DNA of 64,000 nt from an uncultured Desulfobacteraceae bacterium. Its GTDB lineage: Bacteria > Desulfobacterota > Desulfobacteria > Desulfobacterales > Desulfatirhabdiaceae. Below the pieces are notes generated by a model. It saw only the letters and a program-made list of their open reading frames with translations, made no database searches and had not been told where the DNA came from. The stretch is from NCBI GenBank assembly GCA_903839535.1, contig CAIMCT010000101.1, forward strand, positions 69 to 64,068, written 5' to 3'. Positions 23,392-33,818 of this stretch are shown here, in pieces. Within the stretch, counting starts at the first letter, position 1. Each line of letters begins with the position of its first letter. The position numbers and the translations under genes were made by a program.

Positions 23392-23465
23392 TTTACCGTG
23401 AGTAAGGGCGACCGGCCGGTCGCATCTACTTTTAAACCACGAAACACACGAAAAAATGTTCTTTG
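23392..23465 (+). repeat. Repeat family A, copy A3, with inserted GC palindrome
   Basis: TTTACCGTGAGTAAGGGCGACCGGCCGGTCGCATCTACTTTTAAACCACGAAACACACGAAAAAATGTTCTTTG, 43 nt 5' of the ModE-like start. Confidence 0.85.
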
Positions 23466-23599
23466 ACCAGGTAAGATTTGTCCGGAAAAGCCTTCATGAC
23501 AATGGTCTTCTTGCATGACTGTCGTGGGCCGGTGATAGCAATAATCGGGAATCCATTGACCAGACGATTGAGGGTATCGTGTACTGTTCGTTCAATCAT
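23462..23599 (-). pseudogene. N-terminal fragment of an AAA-type ATP-binding protein, cut off by repeat A3
   Basis: MIERTVHDTLNRLVNGFPIIAITGPRQSCKKTIVMKAFPDKSYLVK, then the frame runs into the repeat and stops at 23432-23434. The pattern resembles the N-terminus of the widespread GPRQ-x-GKT ATPases, but Walker A is degraded. Confidence 0.45.
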
Positions 23600-23754
23600 G
23601 ACAGGATGTTAAGGCAATTCACATTATTTGTCAATTCTATTTGTAATTTGTACAAAAGCATTGCAATTTGTTCCCAAACTGAAGCTTGGTAACAAGCGAT
23701 CCGTGTATTTTTATCTGCTGAGGCATCTATACACTCTGTCAGATACCCCGCCAA

Positions 23755-23782
23755 GTAAGGGCGACCGGCCGGTCACCCCTAC
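23755..23782. repeat. Solo GC palindrome (GTAAGGGCGACCGGCCGGTCACCCCTAC)
   Basis: Same module as in A2 (13701-13722) and A3 (23404-23424). Confidence 0.8.
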
Positions 23783-23889
23783 AGCCAGACCCGAATGCTG
23801 CGGTCTTTTCGATCTTTCATGCCAAATGATCCGAGCTGTCAGGGAACAGTCTGTCCATTTGACAGTTGACGGAAGACCATTTTCCGGCT

Positions 23890-24780
23890 ATGGAACAGCC
23901 TATGATTCGATATGACAATCAACAATCAGAAGAACTGCCCCCCTTCGTGTCGGTCCACGGCGGCCACAGCGGTGAATATTGCCAGCACGCACGGGATTCC
24001 CTGGATGATATCGTAAAGGCATACCATAACCAGCAATTTGCCTGGGTCGGCATTACCGAACATATCCCGCCGACTTCTGATAGCTTTCTCTATCCGGATG
24101 AACGCTCGGCGGGGCTGACTGCAAGCGCCATGCTGGAGCGATTTGCCCAGTATATGGCGCACTGCCGGAGCTTGCAGGCAGCGTACAGTGGCAAACTGAC
24201 CATTTTTGTAGGCATGGAAACCGAGGCGTATCAGGGCGCTGTTGACTATGCCATTCAGCTTCGGGATCGGTTTCATCCGGATTATATCGTGGGATCGGTA
24301 CATCATGTTGCGGATATTCCCATCGACATGAATCCATCCGAATACGCCAGGGCGATATCAGCATGCGGCGGCATCGTTGATATGTATGCAGCCTATTTCG
24401 ATTTGCAGTATGATATGATTCAGAAGTTAAAGCCTTCTGTGGTGGGGCATTTTGATCTGATCCGGATATTTGATCCGGATTACCCTTCCCGCCTGAAAAC
24501 ACCGGCCGTATGGGAGCGCATCTGTCGCAATCTAAAAGCTGTTGAATCACTTGGGCTGATGCTGGATTTAAATGTCCGTGCACTGCTGAAAGGCGCCAGG
24601 GAGCCATATCTCTGTCATCCCATTCTGGAAAAAGTCCGCGAAATGGCGATTCCCGTCGTTCCAGGGGATGATTCCCATAGCGTTGACACAGTGGGCCGAC
24701 ATGTTGCAGACGGCATCAGATACCTTCAGTCTCTGGGAATTTCCACTGCGTGGACCATACCAGGTATCTACAAATATTAA
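23890..24780 (+). CDS. Histidinol-phosphatase, HisJ/PHP family
   Basis: VSVHGGHSGEYCQHA...GITEHIPP...GSVHH...GHFDL...DSH is the PHP-domain metal-ligand pattern. Start ambiguous (23866, 23890 or 23902). Confidence 0.75.
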   Translation: MEQPMIRYDNQQSEELPPFVSVHGGHSGEYCQHARDSLDDIVKAYHNQQFAWVGITEHIPPTSDSFLYPDERSAGLTASAMLERFAQYMAHCRSLQAAYSGKLTIFVGMETEAYQGAVDYAIQLRDRFHPDYIVGSVHHVADIPIDMNPSEYARAISACGGIVDMYAAYFDLQYDMIQKLKPSVVGHFDLIRIFDPDYPSRLKTPAVWERICRNLKAVESLGLMLDLNVRALLKGAREPYLCHPILEKVREMAIPVVPGDDSHSVDTVGRHVADGIRYLQSLGISTAWTIPGIYKY

Positions 24781-24807
24781 GTTTAACCCTTAACACTGGT
24801 TTTATAC

Positions 24808-26313
24808 ATGAAAAAGTCAGCAATATTAGTATTCGCAGGTTTGATGTTTGTAACTGTTTTAACAGGGTGCAGCAAGACTGAAAACGCAATAACGAGTTTT
24901 GATGATGCTAAAAATGCAAAAATCGGAGTGCTGACCGGTTCAACAGGTGAAGCTATTGCAGCAGCAAAGTTTCCGAATGCCCAGGTCAAAAGCTTCGATG
25001 ATGTCATGGATAGCGTTGCAGCTATGAAATCCGGGCAACTGGATGCAGTCATTGTCGCATTCCCCACCGCAATTCAGATATCAAAGCTGAATCCGGAATT
25101 CTGGTATCTTCCAGAACCCCTTCAAAATGAGGATACCGCCATTGCGCTAAAAAAAGGTAATGATGATCTGCTGGCGACGTTGAACAATATTATTGCCGAA
25201 CTGAAGGCGGATGGCACTCTTGAATCTATGAAGAATCGTTGGTTCAAGGCGGATTTGTCCCCATATAAAGAAATGAACATCACCCTTCCCACAGAAGGCA
25301 AGCTTCTAAAAATAGGAGTGAGCGCCGCACGGGAGCCGTTCAGTTTTGTGGACAAAAACGGCAAAGTGACCGGCCATGACACAGAGCTTGCCAGAATCAT
25401 CAGCGCCAAACTCCAGAGACCTGTCGAATTTTCAGATATGAAATTCATGGCTCTGATACCTGCTCTACAATCAGGCAAGGTGGATATGATCGTCTCCGGA
25501 ATGACAGCAACCGACGAACGCAGAAAATCGGTGGATTTCACGCAACCGTATTTCGCCAATGCTCAGGTTCTGTTTGTCAAAAAAACCAGCGTCGCAAGCA
25601 CCACGTCATTATCCTTTTTTAAAAGCATCGCCAACAGCTTTCACAGCAACATAATCCAGGAAGAACGTTATCTACTCATTTTGGACGGACTCAAAACCAC
25701 AGTTGTCATTTCCGTATTGGCCACCGTTTTTGGCACACTACTGGGTGCGCTTGTCTGCTTTATGAGAATGTCGAAGAAATCAGTGTTGAATTTGCCCGCC
25801 AAAATCTATATCTCCATTTTGCGAGGTACTCCTGTGCTGGTGGTTCTAATGCTGATATTCTATGTCGTATTTGCTTCGGTAAATATCGACCCGGTACCTG
25901 TTGCAATTATTGCCTTCGGTATGAATTTTGCCGCTTATGTATCCGAAATATTCAGAACCGGTATAGAGGGTGTGGACAAAGGTCAAATCGAAGCAGGCAT
26001 CGCCATGGGGTTTAGCGGAGTCAGAACGTTTATCTACATCGTCCTGCCTCAGACTGCGCGGCGGATTCTGCCGGTCTATAAAGGCGAGTTCGTTTCCCTG
26101 GTGAAGATGACATCCATTGTCGGCTACATTGCTGTACAGGATCTGACAAAGGCCAGTGACATCGTACGCAGTCGCACCTTTGATGCATTCTTTCCACTGG
26201 TTATGGTAGCGATTCTATATTTTTTGATATCGTGGTTTCTCATGCAATCACTTGAGTATGTGGAACGGATAACCGACCCTAAATTCAAAAGAAGAAAGAT
26301 GAGTAACGCATGA
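24808..26313 (+). CDS. Amino-acid ABC transporter, lipoprotein substrate-binding domain fused to permease
   Basis: Lipobox LTGC. About 240 aa of SBP_bac_3-like sequence, followed by a polar-amino-acid permease (TM helices, [25 protein letters not shown]). Confidence 0.85.
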   Translation: MKKSAILVFAGLMFVTVLTGCSKTENAITSFDDAKNAKIGVLTGSTGEAIAAAKFPNAQVKSFDDVMDSVAAMKSGQLDAVIVAFPTAIQISKLNPEFWYLPEPLQNEDTAIALKKGNDDLLATLNNIIAELKADGTLESMKNRWFKADLSPYKEMNITLPTEGKLLKIGVSAAREPFSFVDKNGKVTGHDTELARIISAKLQRPVEFSDMKFMALIPALQSGKVDMIVSGMTATDERRKSVDFTQPYFANAQVLFVKKTSVASTTSLSFFKSIANSFHSNIIQEERYLLILDGLKTTVVISVLATVFGTLLGALVCFMRMSKKSVLNLPAKIYISILRGTPVLVVLMLIFYVVFASVNIDPVPVAIIAFGMNFAAYVSEIFRTGIEGVDKGQIEAGIAMGFSGVRTFIYIVLPQTARRILPVYKGEFVSLVKMTSIVGYIAVQDLTKASDIVRSRTFDAFFPLVMVAILYFLISWFLMQSLEYVERITDPKFKRRKMSNA

Positions 26314-27398
26314 TAAAGGTAGAGCATCTTTCCAAGAAGTTTGGCGATCTTGTCGTTCTTAGAGATATCACTATTGAAATCAGAAAAGGTGAGGTGATTT
26401 CCATCATCGGCCCTTCCGGTACCGGCAAGAGTACCTTTTTGCGCTGTCTTAACCTGCTTGATCGCCCGAGCAGCGGCTCAATTTATATCGACGGGATTGA
26501 TATTCTGGACCCAAAGGCCGATGTGCCCAAAGTCCGGCAGAAGATGAACATGGTATTTCAATCGTTTAATCTTTTCTCTCATCTTACCTCGCTGGAAAAC
26601 CTGACTATCGGACAGACCAAGCTGCTGGGGATGAGCAAGAAGGATGCGAAACACAAATCCATGGAACTTCTAAAACTGGTAGGGCTTGCAGAGAAAGCCG
26701 ACAGCTTTCCGGATGAGCTTTCCGGAGGGCAAAAACAGCGCGTGGCCATTGCACGTTGCCTGGCGATGGACCCTGAGATCATTCTTTTTGACGAGCCGAC
26801 CTCGGCGCTTGATCCGACCATGGTAAGCGAAGTGCTGTCGGTTATACGCCGCCTTGCCAAAGATGGCATGACCATGGCGATTGTTACCCATGAAATGGAT
26901 TTTGCGCGTGATGTATCAAACCGGGTGTTGTATATGGACGAGGGACTAATCTACGAAGAAGGTACGCCGCAGCAGATATTCGAGAATCCTCAAAAAGAAA
27001 GGACCATGGCTTTTATCAACAGGATACGCAGTCTCAACTATCATATCAGCTCTCCTGATTATGATTTGTATGCTCTGAATGCCGAAATAGAAATTTTTTG
27101 TGAAAAACAAATACTACCAAGGAAAACCAGACACAATGTATTGCTGCTTGTTGAAGAGATGCTCCAGATTTACAATCCATTCCTGCACTCAACAATTCTT
27201 GATATGAAACTTGCGTACTCTGAAAAGAAGGAGAGCCTGGAGCTTGTATTTGAAAACACGGGGGAAGCAATAAACCCGCTTGACAAAAAACGGTTACCCG
27301 ATGAACTGGGGCTGAGAATCATCAATAACTTGGCGGAATCCATTATCTACCAGCGGGAAGACAACAAGAACAGGTTAACGTTGATGATGAGGTTGTGA
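26310..27398 (+). CDS. Amino-acid ABC transporter ATP-binding protein with ~115-aa C-terminal extension
   Basis: Walker [10 protein letters not shown], signature LSGGQKQR, Walker [12 protein letters not shown]. 4-nt overlap with the permease gene. Extra domain from about aa 246 to the end. Confidence 0.9.
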   Translation: MIKVEHLSKKFGDLVVLRDITIEIRKGEVISIIGPSGTGKSTFLRCLNLLDRPSSGSIYIDGIDILDPKADVPKVRQKMNMVFQSFNLFSHLTSLENLTIGQTKLLGMSKKDAKHKSMELLKLVGLAEKADSFPDELSGGQKQRVAIARCLAMDPEIILFDEPTSALDPTMVSEVLSVIRRLAKDGMTMAIVTHEMDFARDVSNRVLYMDEGLIYEEGTPQQIFENPQKERTMAFINRIRSLNYHISSPDYDLYALNAEIEIFCEKQILPRKTRHNVLLLVEEMLQIYNPFLHSTILDMKLAYSEKKESLELVFENTGEAINPLDKKRLPDELGLRIINNLAESIIYQREDNKNRLTLMMRL

Positions 27399-27629
27399 CA
27401 GTTTAAAGAATGTTTAAGCCATCAACATAATGACCAAGGAGAACTGTCTGAAATTGAAAAGACATGACTTTCGGGCAAATATAAGGATATGGGAGTACAA
27501 CAATTGTTTTTATTCTCGGATAACGATGTGAAAAACATCGAACAGGGTATTGGACAGGCTCTTGCCATACTTGGCTTTGCTCTGTGTTGATTGATTGATT
27601 CAGTCCGCTACGTTTAAGGAGAACATCAA

Positions 27630-30600
27630 ATGAGAACGCCGAATTGGATGTATTGGGGGGAAGAATATGTAGCATCGACCGCTGAACAGCGCAAGATATT
27701 CAACATAAATGCGGCCACGGCAATTGCCTGTTTCTCAATGGCATTGTATGGGATATTATACATGGTGACTGGCAATCCGGCCCTGATCAAGGGCTCTATT
27801 GGCTATCTGCCGTTTTACGGAATTTTCCCTCTAATCCCCTGGCTGAATCGCAAGGGGAAAATCGCCTTCGCAACCTGGCTTTTCTGCCTTTTGCTACCGG
27901 CAGTCATCTTCTCTGTGATGACTGCCGCCCAGGGCACCTATCTTCATCTCCACTACTACTTTCTCCTCTTTGGTATTATCCCCATCATGTTCTTCCCGTT
28001 TGATAAATGGCGGGCCATCCTGTTTCTTTTCCTGCTGAATACTACCGCTTTCATCTTATCCTCATATGTCGGCATCACTCCCAACCCCAAGGTACTCGAA
28101 CTGGCCCCTTGGGTGGTCACGGCATTCCGCGCAGGTTTTTCATTCACAAGCGTGGCCACGATCCTGTTCATTGTGTGGTTATCAGAATATTACACGGGAA
28201 GTAGTGAAAGTCACAAGGAAGCCATTCTGAGGAAGTATCGCTCGCTGGTCCAGAACATCCCCGAAGTCATCTGGTCTGCCGACGACAAGGGAAATACTAC
28301 CTACATCAGTCCCAATGTCACGGCAATGTACGGTTATACACCAGAAGAGTTATATGCCGAAGGGGAAAAGCTCTATTTCGGGCGTATCCATCCCGATGAC
28401 ATCGACGGAGTAAGCAATGCCTATATGGACTTGCATGGAGTGGGGCAACGGTACAGTGTGGAGTTCCGGATTAGGAAGAAGAATGGAGACTGGATATGGC
28501 TCCATGACAGGGCGGTGGCCACATACAAGGAAAACGGATTGCTGATGGCCGACGGCATCATTTCGGAGATTACCGAGCGCAAACAGACGGAGGAAAAATT
28601 ACGGCTTAGCGAAGAGCGGCACCGGCTGCTGGCGGACAACTCTTCCGACGTCATATGGACGATGGGGCTTGATGGCAGATTTACCTATGTGAGTCCATCA
28701 GTAGAAAAATTGAGAGGCTACACACAGGCTGAAGTCATACAGCAATCAATGGAAGAGGCTTTAACTCCCAGGTCTCTTGCCGTAGCGGCGGAAGGTATAA
28801 AAAATGTAGTTGCTTCAGTACAATCCGGTATGCCGGCAGAAACTTTCCGAGGACATATAGAGCAGCCATGTAAAGACGGTTTAACTATCTGGACTGAGAT
28901 GACAGTATCTGCAATATGCCGTTCTGATGGTTCTTTTGTGGAATTACTTGGCGTGGCCCGCGACATCACAGATCGTTTGCGTTATGAGAAAGAGATTGAA
29001 CAAGCCCGCATCGCTGCCGAGACTGCCAACAAGGCAAAGAGCGAATTTCTGGCCAATATGAGCCATGAGATCAGAACCCCCATGAACGGCATTATCGGTA
29101 TGTCTCAACTTCTGGAATTCACTGAACTGACCGACGAACAGCGGGAATATCTGGATATCATCGTCACTTCTGCAAGGAGCCTGCTTTCCCAGATCAATGA
29201 CATTCTCGATCTTTCCAAAATCGAATCCGGAAAGATCGAGCTGGAATATCTGGATTTCAGTCTTCGAAATTGTATCAGTGACGTCACCAAGATGCAGATA
29301 TCCCTGATTCACAATAAAGGACTCGGTATTCAGACCGATATCCCCGATTCGGTGCCGGACAGATTGAACGGTGATCCGCTTCGTCTGAAACAGATTCTGA
29401 TTAATTTATTGGGAAACGCCGTCAAGTTTACTGAAAAAGGGGGGATTCGTATCACGGTTGCAGTCAGGGAGCATCGGGGTGACAGGGTGCTTCTGAACAT
29501 AGGCGTAATAGATAGCGGTATTGGCATCAGTCCAAAGAATTTGGAGAAGATTTTCGAACCCTTCGTTCAGGCGGATACTTCCACGACCCGTAACTACGGC
29601 GGTACCGGGCTGGGTTTGACGATTTGCACTAGGTTGGCGGAACTGATGGGCGGAAAAATCCGGGCTGAATCCACCAAAGGGGTCGGCACCTCATTTTTTG
29701 TAGAAATTCCCTTTATCGTCCGAAAATCCGATGTGGAGCGACAAACTACCGGAAAAATAGAGAAGATATCATCTCTATCGAACGGCCTGCCGCTGCGGAT
29801 ACTCGTGGTTGACGATCTGAATGTCAACCGGATCATCGCCACACGGATACTTCAAAAATTCGGACATACTGTCATCGATGTGGAAGACGGCCGACAAGCC
29901 GTCCAGAAATGGGAACAGGAAGATTTCGATATTATATTAATGGATATCCAGATGCCGGTCATGAGCGGCATCGAAGCGACAGAAGCCATTCGGGACAAAG
30001 AGAATCAAACCGGTGGGCATGTACCGATTATCGCCTTGACGGCCCGCGCCATGCGGGAAGAACAGGAGGAAATCTGCAGCCGGGGTTTTGACGGTTATTT
30101 GACAAAACCATTCGATATTAACAACCTGTTCAGTGAGATTCAAAGATGTATGTTGGACAGTCGTCACCCAGACGATCTGAAGATAGAACCACTGCCGTCT
30201 CCACAGGTGAGTGAGCTGTTGGAAACTGTCAAAGAGCAGCTATCTGCAATCCTCGGTGAGATTGAATTCCTGTTGGAAACCCACAACATGGCGGTGATCG
30301 ACAAAATCTCCGAACTCGAAAAAGCTGTTCCGTTGACGGTTGCTATCGACTCTTTCAGACAACAAGTCAAACAGTATCATTTCGATCGAGCGCTTGCACT
30401 GCTGCCAGAAATCTATCATGAGTTCGATATTATGCCTTGCAAGGGCTCGTTTATCGGACACGGGCAGAAAATTCTGATCGTCGATGACATCCCTGAAAAT
30501 CTGACCACCTTATACCATGCACTCAGGGATGATTACGACGTTTACGGCGCTACATCCGGTAAAGACGCTATCATGATGGCTCAATCCCGGCGACCCGATC

Positions 30601-30905
30601 TGATTCTGCTCGACATCATGATGCCGGAAATGGATGGATACGAGGTCTGTACCGCACTGCACGGTGATTCCGAGACGCGGGACATTCCGGTCATCTTCAT
30701 CACCGCCCGCATCGAAGCAGAAAGTGAAACACGGGCTTTTTCCTCCGGCGGCGTGGATTTTATCCACAAACCCTTCAATGTTTTGGTGGTTCGGGCCCGT
30801 GTCGCACTTCATCTTGAACTTATGCAACGACGGCATCATCTCGAAGAGCTGGTATTCGACAGAACCCGAGAACTGGCCGAAGCAAGGGATATAGCCGAAT
30901 TCTAA
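27630..30905 (+). CDS. Hybrid sensor histidine kinase (membrane N-terminus, 2 PAS, HisKA-HATPase, 2 receiver domains)
   Basis: AAGGAG RBS. H-box [17 protein letters not shown] boxes LLGNAVKFT and GGTGLGLTI. Receivers [11 protein letters not shown]...[10 protein letters not shown] and [11 protein letters not shown]...[14 protein letters not shown]. Confidence 0.9.
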   Translation: MRTPNWMYWGEEYVASTAEQRKIFNINAATAIACFSMALYGILYMVTGNPALIKGSIGYLPFYGIFPLIPWLNRKGKIAFATWLFCLLLPAVIFSVMTAAQGTYLHLHYYFLLFGIIPIMFFPFDKWRAILFLFLLNTTAFILSSYVGITPNPKVLELAPWVVTAFRAGFSFTSVATILFIVWLSEYYTGSSESHKEAILRKYRSLVQNIPEVIWSADDKGNTTYISPNVTAMYGYTPEELYAEGEKLYFGRIHPDDIDGVSNAYMDLHGVGQRYSVEFRIRKKNGDWIWLHDRAVATYKENGLLMADGIISEITERKQTEEKLRLSEERHRLLADNSSDVIWTMGLDGRFTYVSPSVEKLRGYTQAEVIQQSMEEALTPRSLAVAAEGIKNVVASVQSGMPAETFRGHIEQPCKDGLTIWTEMTVSAICRSDGSFVELLGVARDITDRLRYEKEIEQARIAAETANKAKSEFLANMSHEIRTPMNGIIGMSQLLEFTELTDEQREYLDIIVTSARSLLSQINDILDLSKIESGKIELEYLDFSLRNCISDVTKMQISLIHNKGLGIQTDIPDSVPDRLNGDPLRLKQILINLLGNAVKFTEKGGIRITVAVREHRGDRVLLNIGVIDSGIGISPKNLEKIFEPFVQADTSTTRNYGGTGLGLTICTRLAELMGGKIRAESTKGVGTSFFVEIPFIVRKSDVERQTTGKIEKISSLSNGLPLRILVVDDLNVNRIIATRILQKFGHTVIDVEDGRQAVQKWEQEDFDIILMDIQMPVMSGIEATEAIRDKENQTGGHVPIIALTARAMREEQEEICSRGFDGYLTKPFDINNLFSEIQRCMLDSRHPDDLKIEPLPSPQVSELLETVKEQLSAILGEIEFLLETHNMAVIDKISELEKAVPLTVAIDSFRQQVKQYHFDRALALLPEIYHEFDIMPCKGSFIGHGQKILIVDDIPENLTTLYHALRDDYDVYGATSGKDAIMMAQSRRPDLILLDIMMPEMDGYEVCTALHGDSETRDIPVIFITARIEAESETRAFSSGGVDFIHKPFNVLVVRARVALHLELMQRRHHLEELVFDRTRELAEARDIAEF

Positions 30906-31196
30906 ATTTTCACCGGACTCATTTGCTTCAAGTGTCGCTGCTGAGTGACGTTGAAAAAGGAGGATATCAGCTACAGATTAGGAATGAGTTGGACCAAACA
31001 GGGCTCTGTAGCCCTTGCTTCGGTAGCAGCAATAAAAAGAAACCGAGAGGACAAAATCTGGTTTCAAAAAAGAGAACTCGAATTCAAGCTCGCTGCATAA
31101 TCATTTCTATGGCCTGGATAGATATGCGCGATTCCTAACCGCACAGGTCGAAAATTTTCATTTGACAGCGACACCATAACTTGGCACCATACAGGT

Positions 31197-31451
31197 ATGA
31201 AGCGTAAACACTGCAGAATCCTTGGACTGATCTTTGCGTATCCACTCAGCGCAAAGGTGAAATGGCGCGATATTGAACCGTTGTTCCGCGAGTTGGGTGC
31301 GGAGGTAACGGAAAGGGAAGGATCTCGTGTCGGTGTTCGGCTGTTTGGGGAACGAAAGGTGTTTCACCGTCCCCATCCGTCGCCCGATGCCGACAAAGGA
31401 GCAGTAGCGAGTATTCGCCAATGGTTTGAAAAGAATGGAGTGAAGCCATGA
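31197..31451 (+). CDS. hicA: HicA-family mRNA interferase toxin
   Basis: 84 aa; WRDIEPLFRELGAEVTEREGSRVGVRLFGERKVFHRPHP is a HicA/YcfA-like pattern. 4-nt overlap with hicB. Confidence 0.75.
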   Translation: MKRKHCRILGLIFAYPLSAKVKWRDIEPLFRELGAEVTEREGSRVGVRLFGERKVFHRPHPSPDADKGAVASIRQWFEKNGVKP

Positions 31452-31666
31452 TGAACGTTATGGAGATCAATGGAGTGAAGGCTGTTATCGCCTTCGACCC
31501 CGATATCAATATGTTCAGGGGTGAGTTTGTGGGGCTGAACGGCGGCGCCGATTTTTACTCAACCGATATCGATGGATTGCGCCGCGAAGGGGAAATCTCC
31601 TTGAAGGTCTTTCTTGATATGTGTGGCGATGTTATTCGTCATACCCATGACATCATCACCCATTAG
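31448..31666 (+). CDS. hicB: HicB-family antitoxin, apparently lacking the C-terminal DNA-binding domain
   Basis: INGVKAVIAFDPDINMFRGEFVGLNGGADFYSTDIDGLRREGEISLKVFLDMC is the HicB N-terminal domain. The ORF ends about 12 aa later with no RHH/HTH segment. Confidence 0.65.
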   Translation: MMNVMEINGVKAVIAFDPDINMFRGEFVGLNGGADFYSTDIDGLRREGEISLKVFLDMCGDVIRHTHDIITH

Positions 31667-31754
31667 TTATATCTGCGTTTAGCACTTGGTCACACCATGC
31701 TATCAATCTTTTCCATCTGGGCGATAAGATTAGACTGGCCATGTTAAATTTACC

Positions 31755-31820
31755 GCATAGGTCCACAAGCGTTGGCATTTTATCGTAACCTATTGAATTT
31801 AAGGTTTTTATTTAAAAATC
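31755..31820 (-). mobile_element. Repeat family C, half copy C1 (inverted right half)
   Basis: CGCATAGGTCCACAAGCGTTGGCATTTTATCGTAACCTATTGAATTT matches the reverse complement of 33724-33774 and 40240-40290. Confidence 0.8.
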
Positions 31821-31838
31821 AGAAAAAAGGATAGTGAG

Positions 31839-33488
31839 ATGAAATTGAAAAGATGTTTTTTTGTAATGGCATGTTCTTTTATAATTATGATATCAGGTAC
31901 GGCAATGGCTCAGCCACAACCCCCGGTGTTAAGCGTCAAGCATATTGGTTGGGTGTACCTCTCATGGACCGAAGTCACGGGCGCGACGGGTTATACCCTG
32001 TCTTATGCCCCAATGTCCTATACGGGTTCGGAGTCCATCGTAAGCGTGGATATGGGAACTCAAAAAAGCCTCTCAGGCGAACTACCGGCTGGTGCCGCCT
32101 TCTATGTGGCGGTCCAGTCCCGAGACAACACCGGCATCAGCCAATACTCCAACATTGTATCGGTTGCAGATGATGACACAATTCTTAAACAGATCATCAT
32201 CTTTGGCCGCCACAGCGTACGCTCATCCACAGATGCCCCATCCAGCTTGGCCCAGTTTGCAGTTGACCCTTACCCTGACTTCGTCGGGGTCCCGACGGGC
32301 TACCTGACCCCCCGCGGGCGGCAGGCGGCAGGCCTGCTTGGCTCCTATTTCCATGACTATCTGCTCCATGAAGGGCTTCTTACGGGCGACGCACAAACAG
32401 ATATATCTCTTTCGTATTTCCGCGCCAATTCCATTCAGCGATCCAATATTACCGCTGCCAAATTCGGGACAGGGTTGATCCCGGGTGCAACGATACCGGT
32501 TCACTCCTATAGGATTGCCGATGGCAATACGCCTGCCGAGCCCGACCCTGTTTTCGATCCCATTTTAGCAAACGTGGTAAAAGTTGACCCTGTCCGCGCT
32601 GTGACCGAAGTTCAAGGAATTTTCAATAGTGGATCAGCAATAGCGTCCGCTTACAGCGGCGAGCTTTCCCTAATCCGTAGTGTACTCTATCCGCCAGGAA
32701 CACAGCCAACACCCGATGCCCCCCATGGCTCGACTGATCCAACTTCTCAAACCTCTCACCCGATTACGCTTACTGCCAGTACATCTACGATGTACACAGG
32801 AGGCGTGATCAATTTGGGCGGACTGGGTTTAATATTTTCAGCAGCCGACCCGTTTGTCATGCAATACGCAGATAACTTCCATCCCAATGATGTGGCTTGG
32901 GGCCGACTTTCATTGGATGCTATTTCCCAACAGACCCGGATCACAAGCCTTATTTTCAACATTGAAATGCTTTCGCCCTACCTCAATCAGGCGCAAAGCT
33001 CAAACGCCGCCTCGCACGTACTTCGCACCATGGAGCAAGCTGTAATTGGCGAAAACATTCCCGGAGCATTTGGGAATGCGAGCTCACGGTCGGTCGTAAT
33101 TATCAGTTCTGATGCCTACGTGGCAGGATTGGCAGGACTTCTTAAGCTGCACTGGATACTGCCCGGCTATCAACCGGATTTTTGTGCTCCGGGCGGATCA
33201 CTCATTTTTGAACTGCGACAATCGAAAAGATCGCAAGAGTATCTTGTTCGCGCGTTCTACACCGCACAAACCTTCGACCAACTGCGTAATCTGACACCAC
33301 TGACACTTGAGAATCCACCTGCAGCAATGCAGCTTCTGATTCCGGGCGGCAGTAAATCAGCCACGGATTTAGATGTCAATTTTTTCACCTTTCAAACGAT
33401 TATGAAGAATGCATTGAATCCGGAATATGTACAAAATCCTTCGGTAGAGATTCCACCCGGCGTGTTAACCGGTGTCCCCTTGGAATAA
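31839..33488 (+). CDS. Secreted protein: shared leader module (signal peptide + FN3-like) fused to a histidine acid phosphatase (branch 2) domain
   Basis: Signal MKLKRCFFVMACSFIIMISGTAMA. Module PQPPVLSV...GWVYLSWTEVTGATGYTLSYAP...QYSNIVSV. Then IIIFGRHSVRSS (RHGxRxP-like) and a later SSDAYV region. Confidence 0.75.
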   Translation: MKLKRCFFVMACSFIIMISGTAMAQPQPPVLSVKHIGWVYLSWTEVTGATGYTLSYAPMSYTGSESIVSVDMGTQKSLSGELPAGAAFYVAVQSRDNTGISQYSNIVSVADDDTILKQIIIFGRHSVRSSTDAPSSLAQFAVDPYPDFVGVPTGYLTPRGRQAAGLLGSYFHDYLLHEGLLTGDAQTDISLSYFRANSIQRSNITAAKFGTGLIPGATIPVHSYRIADGNTPAEPDPVFDPILANVVKVDPVRAVTEVQGIFNSGSAIASAYSGELSLIRSVLYPPGTQPTPDAPHGSTDPTSQTSHPITLTASTSTMYTGGVINLGGLGLIFSAADPFVMQYADNFHPNDVAWGRLSLDAISQQTRITSLIFNIEMLSPYLNQAQSSNAASHVLRTMEQAVIGENIPGAFGNASSRSVVIISSDAYVAGLAGLLKLHWILPGYQPDFCAPGGSLIFELRQSKRSQEYLVRAFYTAQTFDQLRNLTPLTLENPPAAMQLLIPGGSKSATDLDVNFFTFQTIMKNALNPEYVQNPSVEIPPGVLTGVPLE

Positions 33489-33625
33489 TCCGGAGTCCGC
33501 TATGAAAACGATGAGCATCATGCTAAGGGAAGCTTTCATGATAGCGCGAGCAAGAATGCTTCAAGCTGTTCAGGGAGTGAAATTATATTCCAGGAGTGCA
33601 TTGCCAGGATGGCAGAAACCGGTAT

Positions 33626-33774
33626 CGCATAGGTCTATAAGTTTTGGCATCTTCAGTTCGGATATATGTCTAACCATTTGAAAAAAGGATATAATTTCAT
33701 TTTTTTGTTTTTTTAAACAAAAGTCTCAAATTCAATAGATTACGATAAAATGCCAACACTTGTGGACCTATGCG
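33626..33774 (+). mobile_element. Repeat family C, full copy C2 (149-bp MITE-like element)
   Basis: Terminal inverted repeats CGCATAGGTCTATAAGTTTTGGCAT / ATGCCAACACTTGTGGACCTATGCG. The interior is about 85 percent identical to C3 by eye. Confidence 0.85.
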
Positions 33775-33818
33775 AAATTTACATACAAGAAAATTACTTT
33801 AAAACGAAGGAGAGCTGC

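Noticed and set aside
30780-30905. Idea that the hybrid kinase is 3'-truncated and has lost an output domain such as HD-GYP after the second receiver
   Set aside because: The tail (…[21 protein letters not shown]) looks like a linker that often precedes an output domain. However, no remnant coding is detectable in 30906-31196 in any frame, and receivers with short helical tails are common, so the evidence is insufficient.
33640-33660. TTGGCAT-N5-GTTCG inside the family C terminal repeat as a sigma-54 promoter
   Set aside because: The -12 element is GTTC rather than TTGC, and the motif is part of the inverted repeat on both ends, so the resemblance is probably coincidental.
33750-33818. Longer start for the second hydrolase (MPTLVDLCEIY...)
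   Set aside because: That ATG lies inside the terminal inverted repeat of element C2. All four paralogues align from MKLK/MKFK, which is preceded by an AAGGAG RBS.
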